Shown here piece after piece: positions 18,763 through 28,740 of a DNA stretch of 64,000 nt (its first letter is position 1; the number at the start of each line of letters is the position of its first letter). This DNA comes from Candidatus Latescibacterota bacterium (GTDB lineage: Bacteria; Latescibacterota; UBA2968; GCA-2709665). The notes beneath the pieces were generated by a model, which ran no database searches, was not told the origin of the DNA, and saw only the letters and a list, made by a program, of their open reading frames with translations. Where the stretch lies: positions 159,432 through 223,431 of the forward strand of contig CAXXJS010000028.1 of assembly GCA_963662665.2 (NCBI GenBank), written 5' to 3'. The translations under genes and the position numbers were made by a program.

Positions 18763-20394
18763 GAGTCTGCGCCGCAGGAGTTTTTACAAAGGGCGAGGTG
18801 TGTCCGTGAGTCGGGTTGGTCGTTATGTTGGGAGTGGTATGATGAGTTTTGGGTACGGTGATCGTTGCAGGCAGGCGTGTTGAGGGCGAGATTCCAGGGA
18901 TCGTGGTTTCCCGTATGTCGAGTCCATAAGGACAGGACACCCGAACCCATGCTTCAACACATCGACAACGCTGCCATCCGCTTGACGTTCAACGCGAGGC
19001 AGACCAGATCCCACTCGGCACGCACCTTTTCCAGCCCCCGGAAGCTGAAGCGCCGGAAGCCCAATACCTCCTTGATCCATCCGTTGGGCGCCTCCGAGAG
19101 CCACTTGCGCTTCGCATACAGGCCCCGACCTTCCGGGCTGGTGAGCTTCTCGCCCATGCGATGGGTCGCCGGAAGCGTCTCCGAATCGACGTCCACCTTT
19201 TCCTTGCCCTCCCGCCCCAGCGCCACGTAACCATCAATGCCACGCTCCTCAAGCGTGGCCAGGTCCTCCTCGTTGCAGTAGCCCGCATCCGCCAGAACCG
19301 CGTCCGGCTTGACCCCGAATGTCTCTTGCACACCATCCAGCAAGGGGAGCATAAAGCCCTGATCGGTGGCCTGTGACCCCAGATGCACAGCCACGATGAT
19401 CTGACGCTCGGCGTCCACCACCGTCTGCGCGTTGTAGCACTGCTGGAACCCCTCCGCGCTCGTCTTCATGATCCGAGACTCGGGGTCCGTGAAGTTGCTC
19501 TGAGCCTTCGGGTCGGGCTCGCCATAGGCTCTTTTGTAAGGCCGCCCGCCCTTCGGGTTGCGCTTCTGACCCGGTTTGCGCCCGCGCGCATCGTCGACGG
19601 CTCGTTGCGATGCTTCCAGACGCTCCCTCGCCGCCCTGATCGCCGCCAGACGAGCCTGCCTGCGCTGCAACTCGACCGGCAACTCGTCGCCACGAACATC
19701 CACGCCGTAACGTGCATCCTCCTCGGCATCAATCGACACAGCACCCGAAAGCAACGCCCCGATCTCTTTCTCCAGACGAGCCTGTTCCTTCAACATCCGC
19801 TCGTAACTCATGGCCTTGCGCTTGCTGGCCTTCGCTCGTACCTTCGTGCCGTCTAAAGATAACGTCCCGAAACGTACCAGGCCCATCTCCCGTGCCACAC
19901 CAACCACCTCCACGAACAAACGCCCGAAATCTTCCAGGTGACGACGCCGAAACTCGCAGATCGTCCGGTGTTGTGGGAAATTGCCCGCCGCCAACATACG
20001 AAACGCCACGTCCTCCTCCAGCTTCCCAGCGATCGCTCGAGACGAATACACTCCCGTCGCGTACCCATAGATCAATACCTTCAACATCATCGATGGATCA
20101 TATGGCGCGTTGCGACGACCATCGCCTTCATAGGGCGCGTAGAACGACCCCAGATCCAGGGAATCCACCAGATCGCTCACCTGGTGCGACAGATGACCTT
20201 CAGGCACCCACTCCCGAAGATCCGGCGCCAACAGCAATATCTGGTCCGGGTGATACGGTCGAAACGTTGTCGGCATGGATCGCTCCCTCCCCTGACATAA
20301 CACACAACGATACCCTTGACATATACCAACTACACGACCCATTATACCTACAACTACATGTCCATTGAAATGAATTTTCCTGCGGCGCAGACTC
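18763..20394 (-). mobile_element. IS1182-family element, 17-bp perfect IRs, flanked by CTAG
   Basis: GAGTCTGCGCCGCAGGA at 18763 and its inverse ending at 20394. CTAG at 18759-62 and 20395-98. Confidence 0.9.
18954..20276 (-). CDS. IS1182-family transposase
   Basis: YDPSMMLKVLIYGY, SSRAI, LDGTKVRA, NFTDPESRIMK, YNAQ, LADAGY, GFRRFSFRG. Confidence 0.93.
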   Translation of the reverse strand: MPTTFRPYHPDQILLLAPDLREWVPEGHLSHQVSDLVDSLDLGSFYAPYEGDGRRNAPYDPSMMLKVLIYGYATGVYSSRAIAGKLEEDVAFRMLAAGNFPQHRTICEFRRRHLEDFGRLFVEVVGVAREMGLVRFGTLSLDGTKVRAKASKRKAMSYERMLKEQARLEKEIGALLSGAVSIDAEEDARYGVDVRGDELPVELQRRQARLAAIRAARERLEASQRAVDDARGRKPGQKRNPKGGRPYKRAYGEPDPKAQSNFTDPESRIMKTSAEGFQQCYNAQTVVDAERQIIVAVHLGSQATDQGFMLPLLDGVQETFGVKPDAVLADAGYCNEEDLATLEERGIDGYVALGREGKEKVDVDSETLPATHRMGEKLTSPEGRGLYAKRKWLSEAPNGWIKEVLGFRRFSFRGLEKVRAEWDLVCLALNVKRMAALSMC

Positions 20395-20489
20395 CTAGGG
20401 GGTAGGTCACGCGCTCCTTACCGGAATCCACTTCTCGTACCACAACGTGAGTCCATTGCGCGGCGTCGCATACGGAATAGTTACCAACA

Positions 20490-20590
20490 CTTCTTCCTTC
20501 CTCCTTTCTCCTTCTCCCTTCTTCTTCCTTCCTCCTTCTTCCTTCCTCCTTCTTCCTTCCTCCTTCTTCCTTCTCACTTCCTCCTTCTCC
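20490..20590. repeat. Near-pure polypyrimidine heptamer tandem repeat (CTTCCTT/CCTCCTT)n
   Basis: About 100 bp of period-7 C/T sequence directly after the stop codon of the propeller gene. Confidence 0.9.
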
Positions 20591-20597
20591 CCATTGT

Positions 20598-21842
20598 TCA
20601 TCCACCGCCAAATTCCGAGGCGAAGATAAGGAAGTCCTGAAAATCGACCTCTCCATTGCCGTTCAAGTCGAACCTGCCATCGAAGTCATCGTCGCCGGCT
20701 GTCCCGCCAAACGCGGAGGCGAACGCCACGAAGTCGCTGAAATCCACAACGCAGTCCCCATCGAAATCCGCCACGCTGCCCAGGAACGCGATGCTGGACG
20801 GCGGCAGACCCGTGCCGATCGGACCGGCCACAAGCGCATCCGTACTCACGTCGTAGACCTTCACGCCGGCGGATGCCGGATCGCCGAAACTCCCCTGGTC
20901 CAGAACATATAACCTCCGGCCGAACACGCCCAGGCCTGGTACGAATCCGCCGGAAAGACCGTCCAGACTCCGGGAAACCGACTGCGTTGCCAGATCGAGC
21001 CGTTTAACGGCATTGACGAAATTCGCGTCCGTAACCACGGCATACCCAACACTTTCGGATATCATCACCAGAGAACTCAGGTTACCGCCCGCGGTCGCCT
21101 CATCCAGCACAACGCCTTCGCTCCGCATGGTCTCGAGATCGATCACCTCGATGCCGCCGTCGGTCAGATCGGTGTACGAATTTACCGCACTCACGAACCA
21201 CTTGCTGCCTCGCCGGGCGGCACCCGCGGGATTCTTGCTCGCCATCGCGATCCCCTGTACGCCCTCTACAACCGGATCCGCGTCCACCAACATATCGGAG
21301 GCGACGTCAATGACGGCAATGACAGAAAACTCGGTTGGAACCCATCCGTTCTCCCTGTCCAGCCGATGACATGCCGCGAACAAGTGTCCTTCGTGTACCG
21401 CGAGTTGAGACGTTTCAGGCAGGCCGTCGGCATCCGCGAACGTCGAAAGGTCGACCGTTCCCAGCGAATCGCCCGTAACGGGATTGACAACGAGCAATTG
21501 CGTTCGCTCATATAGCGAGACATAGGCTTTCTCTTCATTGACAAAGGCGATGTCGTGGGGATTTGAGCCGTTGCCCGTGGAATATTGTATCAACGGCGTC
21601 GTCAGGTCAGAGATATTCAAGACGATCACATTGTCCTGTCCCAGACGATTGATAACGTACGCCTTGTCGCGATACGTGCGGACGACGGCGTCCGAATGAA
21701 TGGTCAGATGATCGGTCGCCGCCGCATTATTGCCCAGATCCAGACTCGATAATCCGCCGCTGCTGTAGTCCGTTGTGGTAACGACCGCCTGATTGGCCAG
21801 TGCATCCGTCGCAAGAAACAGAACGAGCAACAACCATCTCAT
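20598..21842 (-). CDS. Secreted YncE/BtuG-like beta-propeller with C-terminal dockerin-like double EF-hand
   Basis: Signal peptide, NPHDIAFVNEEKAYVSLY blade motif, and C-terminal DFDGDCVVDFSDFVAFASAFG and DLNGNGEVDFQDFLIFASEFG. Confidence 0.75.
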   Translation of the reverse strand: MRWLLLVLFLATDALANQAVVTTTDYSSGGLSSLDLGNNAAATDHLTIHSDAVVRTYRDKAYVINRLGQDNVIVLNISDLTTPLIQYSTGNGSNPHDIAFVNEEKAYVSLYERTQLLVVNPVTGDSLGTVDLSTFADADGLPETSQLAVHEGHLFAACHRLDRENGWVPTEFSVIAVIDVASDMLVDADPVVEGVQGIAMASKNPAGAARRGSKWFVSAVNSYTDLTDGGIEVIDLETMRSEGVVLDEATAGGNLSSLVMISESVGYAVVTDANFVNAVKRLDLATQSVSRSLDGLSGGFVPGLGVFGRRLYVLDQGSFGDPASAGVKVYDVSTDALVAGPIGTGLPPSSIAFLGSVADFDGDCVVDFSDFVAFASAFGGTAGDDDFDGRFDLNGNGEVDFQDFLIFASEFGGG

Positions 21843-21958
21843 TAAATCCTCCCCTCGGGTAAAGTGTTCGTGACATCGACCGGATATTTCAAACTGCGCC
21901 GGACAGGTAGACGGAGACGGGTGCGCTCCGGGGCCATCGCAATCCGTCCCACCATTGC

Positions 21959-24154
21959 CTATTCCGTTTTGACGCTCACGAAAAATGCGCGGCCCGGCAA
22001 TGGATAACCCCAGGTATCGGCGATCTGCGCGCCGGATATGTTCTTGGCATCCAGTCCGATTTGCAACCGCAGTCCGGTATCCACCTTCACGCCGGCATTG
22101 TGAATCTGACGCATCGATAGACGGCGTCGATTGGCCTGGTCCAGAAAGCTGCCGTCTTCGAGGCTGTAATCGTAAGCCAGGGTCCAACGTCCCAGCCGCG
22201 CCGTCGCGCGGACAAACAGCGCGTGGGGCGGACGGTTGGGCAGAACGTTACCGGCCAGATACGGAATTGCCGATCGGTCTCTTGCATCCTGAAACGTGTA
22301 ATTCCCGGAAAGGCAGAGGCGTGGTCCGAAGCGCCTCTGAGCGGTTATTTCCAGCCCGTACACGCGAGCTTTGCCGATGTTGACGGGCCGCGACGTGGCC
22401 TGAGACGTGTGTACAAACTGGATCAGGTCTTCATAGCGATGATCGAAGAACGCCAGTTCCAGCGTATTCGTCCCATCCGAATAGCGTACGCCTCCGTCCC
22501 ACGCGAATCCGTATTCGGGACGGAGATTGACGTTGCCCACCACGCCGCCGCGGTCGCCGAAGAGCTCGAAGAAAGACGGAATCCGGAAGACGCGACCGGC
22601 ATTGGCCTTGAACGCAAGGTGGGATGCCAGGTCAAGCCGTACGCCGGTACGCACGCTCGTGAGATTGCGGGTATTCGGGGAATCCGGCGCAAGGGGAGAG
22701 AAATCGAACGGGTTCGCGCCCGTAAACGAACTGTGAATAAGCCGTTGTTCGACGCCCGCGGACCAGACGCCAACGTTCCCGGGCAGGGAAACATCAACAC
22801 CCGCGCGCGCGGTTAAAGCCCATCGCCTGCTGTCGAAGTAATTCGCGACGCTCCGGATCCGCTTTGTGGGCACATAGGCCTCCCGACGCAGGCCGATCGC
22901 GGCCGTTGTATTGCAGCGCGAAAGCAGAACCGTTTGCAAACGGCCCCGCCATCCATAGGTGCGCGTGCGGTAGTCGTTATCCTGACGGCCGATTCCGACT
23001 TCGCCGTCGAGGTCGCGGAACCGCTCCCCGGTGTGCGTGACGTAAAACGACTGATGCGTGCTCATGCCGTTCAACAGCGCCCGATTCTCGTACGTGAGTT
23101 CGGTCATCGTCCGGAAGGCGTCCAGCTGCGCGTTCCGTGACTGATTGTTGCTGATACCGGGCATGCCCTGGACCTTCCAGTACATGGTCTCGTGAACGGA
23201 CAAGCCGCTGTTTTCCCCCAACGCGCGCCGCCATTTGCCCAGCAGGTTAATGGACCGGTGGTCGTTGTTCCGGCGCCTGCTCCATACGTCGTCACCGGCA
23301 TTGTATTCGGTCCCGTTGTCGTCCATAAACCCGAAATCGTTATCGCTTTGCGCGTAGTCGGCCACAACGAGAAACTCCGACTCCCCCCGCGTACCCGCGA
23401 TTACGCCGCTCAGCGACCGCGTATCAAAAGCCCCCCACGATCCACGAACGCCATGTCGCCATCGTCTCTGCAGCCGGCGGGTGCGCACGTGCACGGTTCC
23501 GCCCATGCCGTTGCCACCGGCGCCCGCACCGCGATACACTTCGATCTGTCCGACGTGCGCGAGCGGCAGGTTGCCAAGGTCCACGCCTCCGCCAAAGGCG
23601 GCATTGAGCAGGATGCCGTCGAGATACACTTCAACCTGGTTGGCGGATGAACCCCGCAGAGAAATCGTGCTGAATGCGCCCAACCCGCCCAGGCGCTTGA
23701 CGTGTACGCCCGTGGCTTCGGCCAGGACGTCGGGCAGGGTCGTCTCTCTGTCCGCGAAGCTCTCTCGCACAATGACAGTGGCGTAAGCGGGATTCCGCTG
23801 AATATCGCCGGCGCCGAAGGGTTCGGCGATTACCGGGTAGTCATCGAGAGGATAGGTTCTGGGCGTCAGTCCGATGACAACGCCTGTTGTTCCTGTCACG
23901 CTGATTTTTCGCTGTACGGGATGGTAGGCGATATGCGATATTGCGAGCGTATACGTGCCGGCATCCAGATTGGAAAAATAGAATTCGCCGCGGTGGTCCG
24001 TCTTTGTCGCAATATCGGCGCTGATAACGCGAACCCCCGCGTTGGCAATGGGCACTCGCGTTTCCGTATCGGTGATACGTCCGGCAATCTCCGCCGCCTC
24101 AAGCGGCGCGGTTGCGAGGAGGCTCGACAGGATGAGAAAACGTAGGGTTCGCAT
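21959..24154 (-). CDS. btuB: TonB-dependent receptor, probable cobalamin transporter
   Basis: N-terminal carboxypeptidase-regulatory-like domain, plug (ISLRGS...VYLDG, IEVYRG), NLRPE, GYPLPGR. Riboswitch context. Confidence 0.85.
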   Translation of the reverse strand: MRTLRFLILSSLLATAPLEAAEIAGRITDTETRVPIANAGVRVISADIATKTDHRGEFYFSNLDAGTYTLAISHIAYHPVQRKISVTGTTGVVIGLTPRTYPLDDYPVIAEPFGAGDIQRNPAYATVIVRESFADRETTLPDVLAEATGVHVKRLGGLGAFSTISLRGSSANQVEVYLDGILLNAAFGGGVDLGNLPLAHVGQIEVYRGAGAGGNGMGGTVHVRTRRLQRRWRHGVRGSWGAFDTRSLSGVIAGTRGESEFLVVADYAQSDNDFGFMDDNGTEYNAGDDVWSRRRNNDHRSINLLGKWRRALGENSGLSVHETMYWKVQGMPGISNNQSRNAQLDAFRTMTELTYENRALLNGMSTHQSFYVTHTGERFRDLDGEVGIGRQDNDYRTRTYGWRGRLQTVLLSRCNTTAAIGLRREAYVPTKRIRSVANYFDSRRWALTARAGVDVSLPGNVGVWSAGVEQRLIHSSFTGANPFDFSPLAPDSPNTRNLTSVRTGVRLDLASHLAFKANAGRVFRIPSFFELFGDRGGVVGNVNLRPEYGFAWDGGVRYSDGTNTLELAFFDHRYEDLIQFVHTSQATSRPVNIGKARVYGLEITAQRRFGPRLCLSGNYTFQDARDRSAIPYLAGNVLPNRPPHALFVRATARLGRWTLAYDYSLEDGSFLDQANRRRLSMRQIHNAGVKVDTGLRLQIGLDAKNISGAQIADTWGYPLPGRAFFVSVKTE

Positions 24155-24157
24155 AAG

Positions 24158-25285
24158 CTATGGATCGAGCTTTCTATAGTACTTGAGTTGGTGATCGGGC
24201 TGCAGGTCGGGGTACAGAATTTTTATGATATCGGCCAGCAGCACGTCCGGCTCGATCAGGCCGGTTTCCCAATAGTCGTTGCCGCCGTTTTCATTGAGGC
24301 GCGCATTGGCGTTGAAGACCCTGCCCGTTTCAACCGCCTTGAATTGCCCGTACCGTTCATCTTCCGCGACAACGTTGCCAATGGATTGCCATTCGTTTCT
24401 CATGGTGATCCAGATGTCGGCATCGTGCGCCTTTTCGTAGACCGATTCGAAATCCAACGTCAGACTCCGCCGCGATTCATTGCCCCCCCACAGGTAATTC
24501 GCGCCCGCGTCCTCGAGCAGTTGCGCGGGATATGATTTTCCGCCGGACATGAACCAGGTTCCGCGCCACTGGGATCCGACGAAGACGGTGGGTTTCCTGT
24601 CAGGCCGTAAATTTGCGGTCAACGATTTGCGCGCGTCGTATCTGACTGCGATGCTGTCGAACAGCGCGGCGGCCAGGTTTTCCTTGTTGAAAAAGGCGCC
24701 CATGAATTTCAGCCATTCCACGCGTCCCAACAGCGTCGGTTCGGCATAGGCGGCATTCACCACGGCGGCCGCTCCGGCCTGCTGGAGAGAATGGTATGCA
24801 TTGTCCTGTGACGGGGCGTCGATGACGACGATATCGGGCCGGAGCACGAGGACCCGCTCCAAATCGATGGACCTTCCCCTGCCGACTTCCGTTATTTTCC
24901 CCGCTGCGAGACGCTGTCTGACGGCTTCAGAGTTGACGAATTTGACGTTGTCGACCGCAACGAGGCTTCGAATCTCATCCAGCTTTTCGATATGCGGCAG
25001 GTGTGTCGTGGACGTGGTGATCAGGGCGCGTACGGGTATCCGGATCCTCGGTGCCCCTTCATATCCGTCTGGTGATTTTCTACCTCGCTGTACCAGGATG
25101 TACTTAAGCGTTTCCCCCGTTGCGGTCCCCGGCACGACGACGGTCAAGACCTTGTACCCGTCGAAGTACTCAACGCCAAATCCCTCGGCATATTGCAGTG
25201 ACATCTGCGCGCCGACAGGTATCGCCGCCACGCAGACTCCGATGCAACAGATCAACCGAATCCAGAACCGGACATTCAGCACCAC
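24158..25285 (-). CDS. btuF: Periplasmic cobalamin-binding protein (BtuF-like)
   Basis: YAEPTLLGRVEWLKF, LLEDAGANY, NDYWETGLIEPDVLLAD. GTG start after GGAGG (start inferred). Confidence 0.85.
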   Translation of the reverse strand: MVLNVRFWIRLICCIGVCVAAIPVGAQMSLQYAEGFGVEYFDGYKVLTVVVPGTATGETLKYILVQRGRKSPDGYEGAPRIRIPVRALITTSTTHLPHIEKLDEIRSLVAVDNVKFVNSEAVRQRLAAGKITEVGRGRSIDLERVLVLRPDIVVIDAPSQDNAYHSLQQAGAAAVVNAAYAEPTLLGRVEWLKFMGAFFNKENLAAALFDSIAVRYDARKSLTANLRPDRKPTVFVGSQWRGTWFMSGGKSYPAQLLEDAGANYLWGGNESRRSLTLDFESVYEKAHDADIWITMRNEWQSIGNVVAEDERYGQFKAVETGRVFNANARLNENGGNDYWETGLIEPDVLLADIIKILYPDLQPDHQLKYYRKLDP

Positions 25286-25476
25286 ATCGACCTCCAGCCG
25301 TAAACCTCTACCCCTCAACCTCACCGGGGTAGACGTGAGACGCAAGACGTGAGTACAAGCAGAGCCGACGTCAAGCCGTGCCGGGTAACCCGCCACAACA
25401 CACTTCACGCATCTTTCGGCTATCCGGTGGTGTTGGGCGGCCCCCTTACGTCTACCGTCTCACCTCTTACCGCCTC

Positions 25477-25512
25477 AAAAAAAAATCCCTGAATTCCTTG
25501 CGGAAATCAGGG
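25477..25512 (-). terminator. Intrinsic terminator, riboswitch expression platform
   Basis: Minus strand CCCTGATTTCC-GCAA-GGAATTCAGGG followed by a long T run. Confidence 0.85.
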
Positions 25513-25590
25513 TCATAACCAACCATGCGGCCGAAGCACGTGTTTATGTCACCTATTCCCGAATCCACGAGGAAATCTGTTAGGTCTGAG

Positions 25591-25736
25591 ATTCAGGCAG
25601 GTCTTCTGGCTCCTGGATCATCTGTTTCCCGCGCCTTCCCGGTTTTAACCAGTGGCATATTTGCGGAAAACATCCCCAGTTACAGCGGCGGGACCGCAAC
25701 GGATTTTCACCGTTTTCCCTGTTTCGTGACCTGAAT
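25591..25736 (-). promoter_or_regulatory. Cobalamin riboswitch
   Basis: Minus strand ATTCAGG...AGGGAAAACGGTGAAAATCCG...CCCGCCGCTGTAA...GCCACTG...GGGAAGG...AGCCAGAAGACCTGCCTGAAT (B12 box, P1 pairing). Confidence 0.95.
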
Positions 25737-25749
25737 CCGAAATTTCTAT

Positions 25750-27447
25750 CCTGACCTATTCATGAATCGTCAGGGATTGCAGATTCGTGCAGCAGAAGCA
25801 GCTTTCGAGTGAGTCTAAGAACGCAGGAGAAAGCTGGCTGTGCGGAACTGGCGTTTTCAAGCGATTTCAGGGTGTGTTTTTGTAGCAGGGTCGGGTGGAG
25901 GCGTCAGGATGACCCTGCTGTGACTGCCAAGAGCACAGACTTCTCCATGGCTTTTGATGGTAGCAATCAAGACGTGAAGGCGGCCTGGTCCAGATGGAAA
26001 CGTTATGGCATGGCGGTTCCCAGATTGTAGAGCATGGTTCGATAGAGGTGTTTGAGTGGAAACGCCGTTGGCAGATGGAACGTGATTTTGGTTTTCAGTT
26101 CACAAACGCGCCCGGCGACTTTCAAGATGCGGTTTTGCAGCGTATTAAACTGGGCGTTCGTCCACGTGGTGCCGCGCAACCCGATATGGGCCAGGGCGTG
26201 TACCAACACATAGGCGGCGCTGTGGAGAAAGAGCCGGAAGTGATTGGCATGGAAGGTGTGGCAAGAGGTGCGATCGGAATGCAGAAAGGTCTTGTGATTC
26301 TTGATGAAGTTTTCCATCCTGCCGCGTGAGCAATAAGCGGTTTTGTAGATGAATGACGGTTGTGCGCCGTTCAGGTTGGTGACCACGAATCGGACATTGT
26401 GACCTTGCGGGTTGACTTCTGCCTTGCAGATGATGCGGCGTGGGGAAGACCAGCTGCCGGCCTGATAGTCCCAACAGCGATACAGGCGCACAGGTTTTCC
26501 CCCATCGGCATACAGCGCTTTGGCCTGGTCCATCAAGGGCTGTGCCAACCGCAGCAGCACCGCGTTTCCGCTTTGTCCGAGGATAAAAAACACATCGTTT
26601 TCGTCACACATCGTGTGTACTTCCGGACACGAAAAGTGTGAATCGCCACGCAACAGGATCTTGACATCGGGCCATGCGTGACGCAGGTAGGCGATCACCC
26701 GTTTGAGAATCGACACGATCTCTTTGCCCGTGGGTCGGCGGCCCGGACGCAAGACCGTCGTGATCAACTTGCCGGTTTGCCCTTCATAGATATGCAGGGG
26801 TTGGTAGCAATAGCCCTTGAAATACGCATTGAATAACGACAACTGCTGGGATCCATACACCTTGTCTTCCGTGTCATCGATATCCAACAGGATGGCTTCG
26901 GGGGGGTGCTTATACGAGGCGATAAACGCATCGGCAAAGGCCGTCGCGATCCGATATAAATCACCTCTGGTGATCCGGTTCTCGAACCGACTCATCGTGG
27001 GTTGACTGGCCAGGTTGGCACCGGTGACCGGCAACCGATCGCAGGCCGCCTTGAAGCCGGGGTCGCTACGCAACGTATTGCAGTCGTTCGCATCTTCATA
27101 CCCACACGCCATCTGAAAGACACGCTGACGGAGCAGGTCCACCGACGGGTGATCCACGTAACTTGGATGCCGACGATCTGTTATCGCCTCGACGATCCGA
27201 CACAAAATGCCGATTTTGGATTCCACCTCTCGAAGCAGCATCGCCCCGGTGTCGCTGGTCAGCATGCCCCCGTCGAAGGCGGCTTCTACCCGTTTGCCAG
27301 AAACACTTGCGAAAGACATCCTTTGTTGTTTATCTTGACCTGCCACGGTAGTTTCCTCCCGGTTCATTGTTATCAGGTTATTCGCGTAACCATAATATAA
27401 TACAATGACTTGGGTAAGGAAACTACCTTTTTTGTGAATTATTCAGA
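25750..27447 (-). mobile_element. IS1380-family element, 4-bp TSD CTAT
   Basis: Imperfect IRs CCTGACCTATTCATGAA / TCTGAATAATTCACAAA (reverse complement). CTAT at 25746-49 and 27448-51. Confidence 0.8.
26003..27367 (-). CDS. IS1380-family transposase
   Basis: FDGGMLTSDTG, GYEDANDC, LASQPTMSRFEN, LDIDDT, RGDSHF, YCSRGRMENFIK. Confidence 0.95.
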   Translation of the reverse strand: MNREETTVAGQDKQQRMSFASVSGKRVEAAFDGGMLTSDTGAMLLREVESKIGILCRIVEAITDRRHPSYVDHPSVDLLRQRVFQMACGYEDANDCNTLRSDPGFKAACDRLPVTGANLASQPTMSRFENRITRGDLYRIATAFADAFIASYKHPPEAILLDIDDTEDKVYGSQQLSLFNAYFKGYCYQPLHIYEGQTGKLITTVLRPGRRPTGKEIVSILKRVIAYLRHAWPDVKILLRGDSHFSCPEVHTMCDENDVFFILGQSGNAVLLRLAQPLMDQAKALYADGGKPVRLYRCWDYQAGSWSSPRRIICKAEVNPQGHNVRFVVTNLNGAQPSFIYKTAYCSRGRMENFIKNHKTFLHSDRTSCHTFHANHFRLFLHSAAYVLVHALAHIGLRGTTWTNAQFNTLQNRILKVAGRVCELKTKITFHLPTAFPLKHLYRTMLYNLGTAMP

Positions 27448-27656
27448 CTATGTAATTGCTGCTCTAATTAAATCTGAAAAATCCTCCTGCTGAAAGACCA
27501 TCGTCACGAACTGTCAACCCGTTCAACGTTGGCGACGCGTGGTCTGTGTATTCGACAATATACGACGCCGGTTCGACAACATCAAGAACTTTGTTTCGAA
27601 TCGCTCCGCTTTGCTCTTAGCGGAAAAAACCTGACCCCAGTTGAGAGGCGCATCCT

Positions 27657-27911
27657 TTATGCAAGTTTAGCCGCCTTTTTGCCGTGGGTTATTCCAAGCA
27701 GTCCGTCAATAGACAGGTCTTCATCGATTAAAGGCCAGTGAACGCCATATCCGGACGGTGACACCTCGTATGTATTTCTCTCTCCGGACGTGGCATTTAA
27801 GAGTACGGACGATATATGGCGGACCTTAAACCTCCTGACGTGGCCGTCGATTGTCAGGACCATTTCGTCGTGTTCAAAATGAAGATCACTTACCTTGTGA
27901 TGCCTTCTCAC
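27657..27911 (-). CDS. DUF2442-family protein
   Basis: LLNATSGERN...GYGVHWPLIDEDLSIDGLL. Confidence 0.85.
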   Translation of the reverse strand: MRRHHKVSDLHFEHDEMVLTIDGHVRRFKVRHISSVLLNATSGERNTYEVSPSGYGVHWPLIDEDLSIDGLLGITHGKKAAKLA

Positions 27912-28512
27912 CTTTGACGCCTCCGTTCGAACTTATCCCATTTTTGCTCTCACAAGAGGCCGAGGCGCAACCTTGCGATCACCGATATTCTATCGCAGAG
28001 GCTGTAATGTCATTGCAGTATCGACCAGGAATTCAGCTCACGGATTTGTTGTTTGCGAACCCGTGCGTGTGGCGTACAAAATGGATGTGTCGGCTACGGT
28101 TAATATTACAAGATTTGGTGCGGAGGAGAGGACTTGCACCTCTCTGCGTTTCTCTCGGCTGATAAATGCCTACGTAAGTGTTAATCTCTCGTCTGGATTG
28201 GGGTGTCCCACTATGGCTCCGCAGAAACGCCACTCCGCATCATACGCGTGATTGAACGAATGGGTTATCCACGAGAAACTCCTTTATCAAAAATGCTGAC
28301 TTAGAGATCCACACTTCCAACCCGAACAAGATACTCACAGTTATTTCAACATTTACCGAAATCGCCAAGCCCTTGTTGTTGCTGTACCAGAACAGGCTAA
28401 CGATAGTTAAATCCCGTATTCAATTTACATCGAAGCCTCTTCCATTTCAACTAGAATTGGCACAATCCCAACCGTTACTGCGATAACGTCAAGAACAATT
28501 GTATTTCGATTT

Positions 28513-28740
28513 TCAACTGGTGCTCTTCTTCGAATCTGCCGGTCCGCTGGCCCCGTCAATAAATGACCGAAGTGCGCTATTTACCGCCTCCTCGGTGGGA
28601 AATGCCCTGGCAACGTCCGGCTCGAGCAAGACGAGATTTGTCCCGGATCGAAAAAACTTGAAATACTTGCCCCTGACGCCGGGACCGAGATCTCCACGGC
28701 GATATTCCGGTCGCAGTTCGTCCGGTTCAGCCCTGTTCAT
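28513..28740 (-). CDS. BrnA-like antitoxin
   Basis: DELRPEY...GVRGKY...VLLEPDVARAFPTEEAVNSALR, coupled to a BrnT tail. Confidence 0.75.
   Translation of the reverse strand: MNRAEPDELRPEYRRGDLGPGVRGKYFKFFRSGTNLVLLEPDVARAFPTEEAVNSALRSFIDGASGPADSKKSTS

Noticed and set aside
20354-20656. E/G/R/K-rich small ORFs
   Set aside because: These are translations of the heptamer tract, with no evidence for a real protein.
27900-28240. Possible DUF4160 partner remnant upstream of DUF2442
   Set aside because: Only a weak C-terminal resemblance (QKWDKFERR) with stops and frameshifts; not supportable as a feature.
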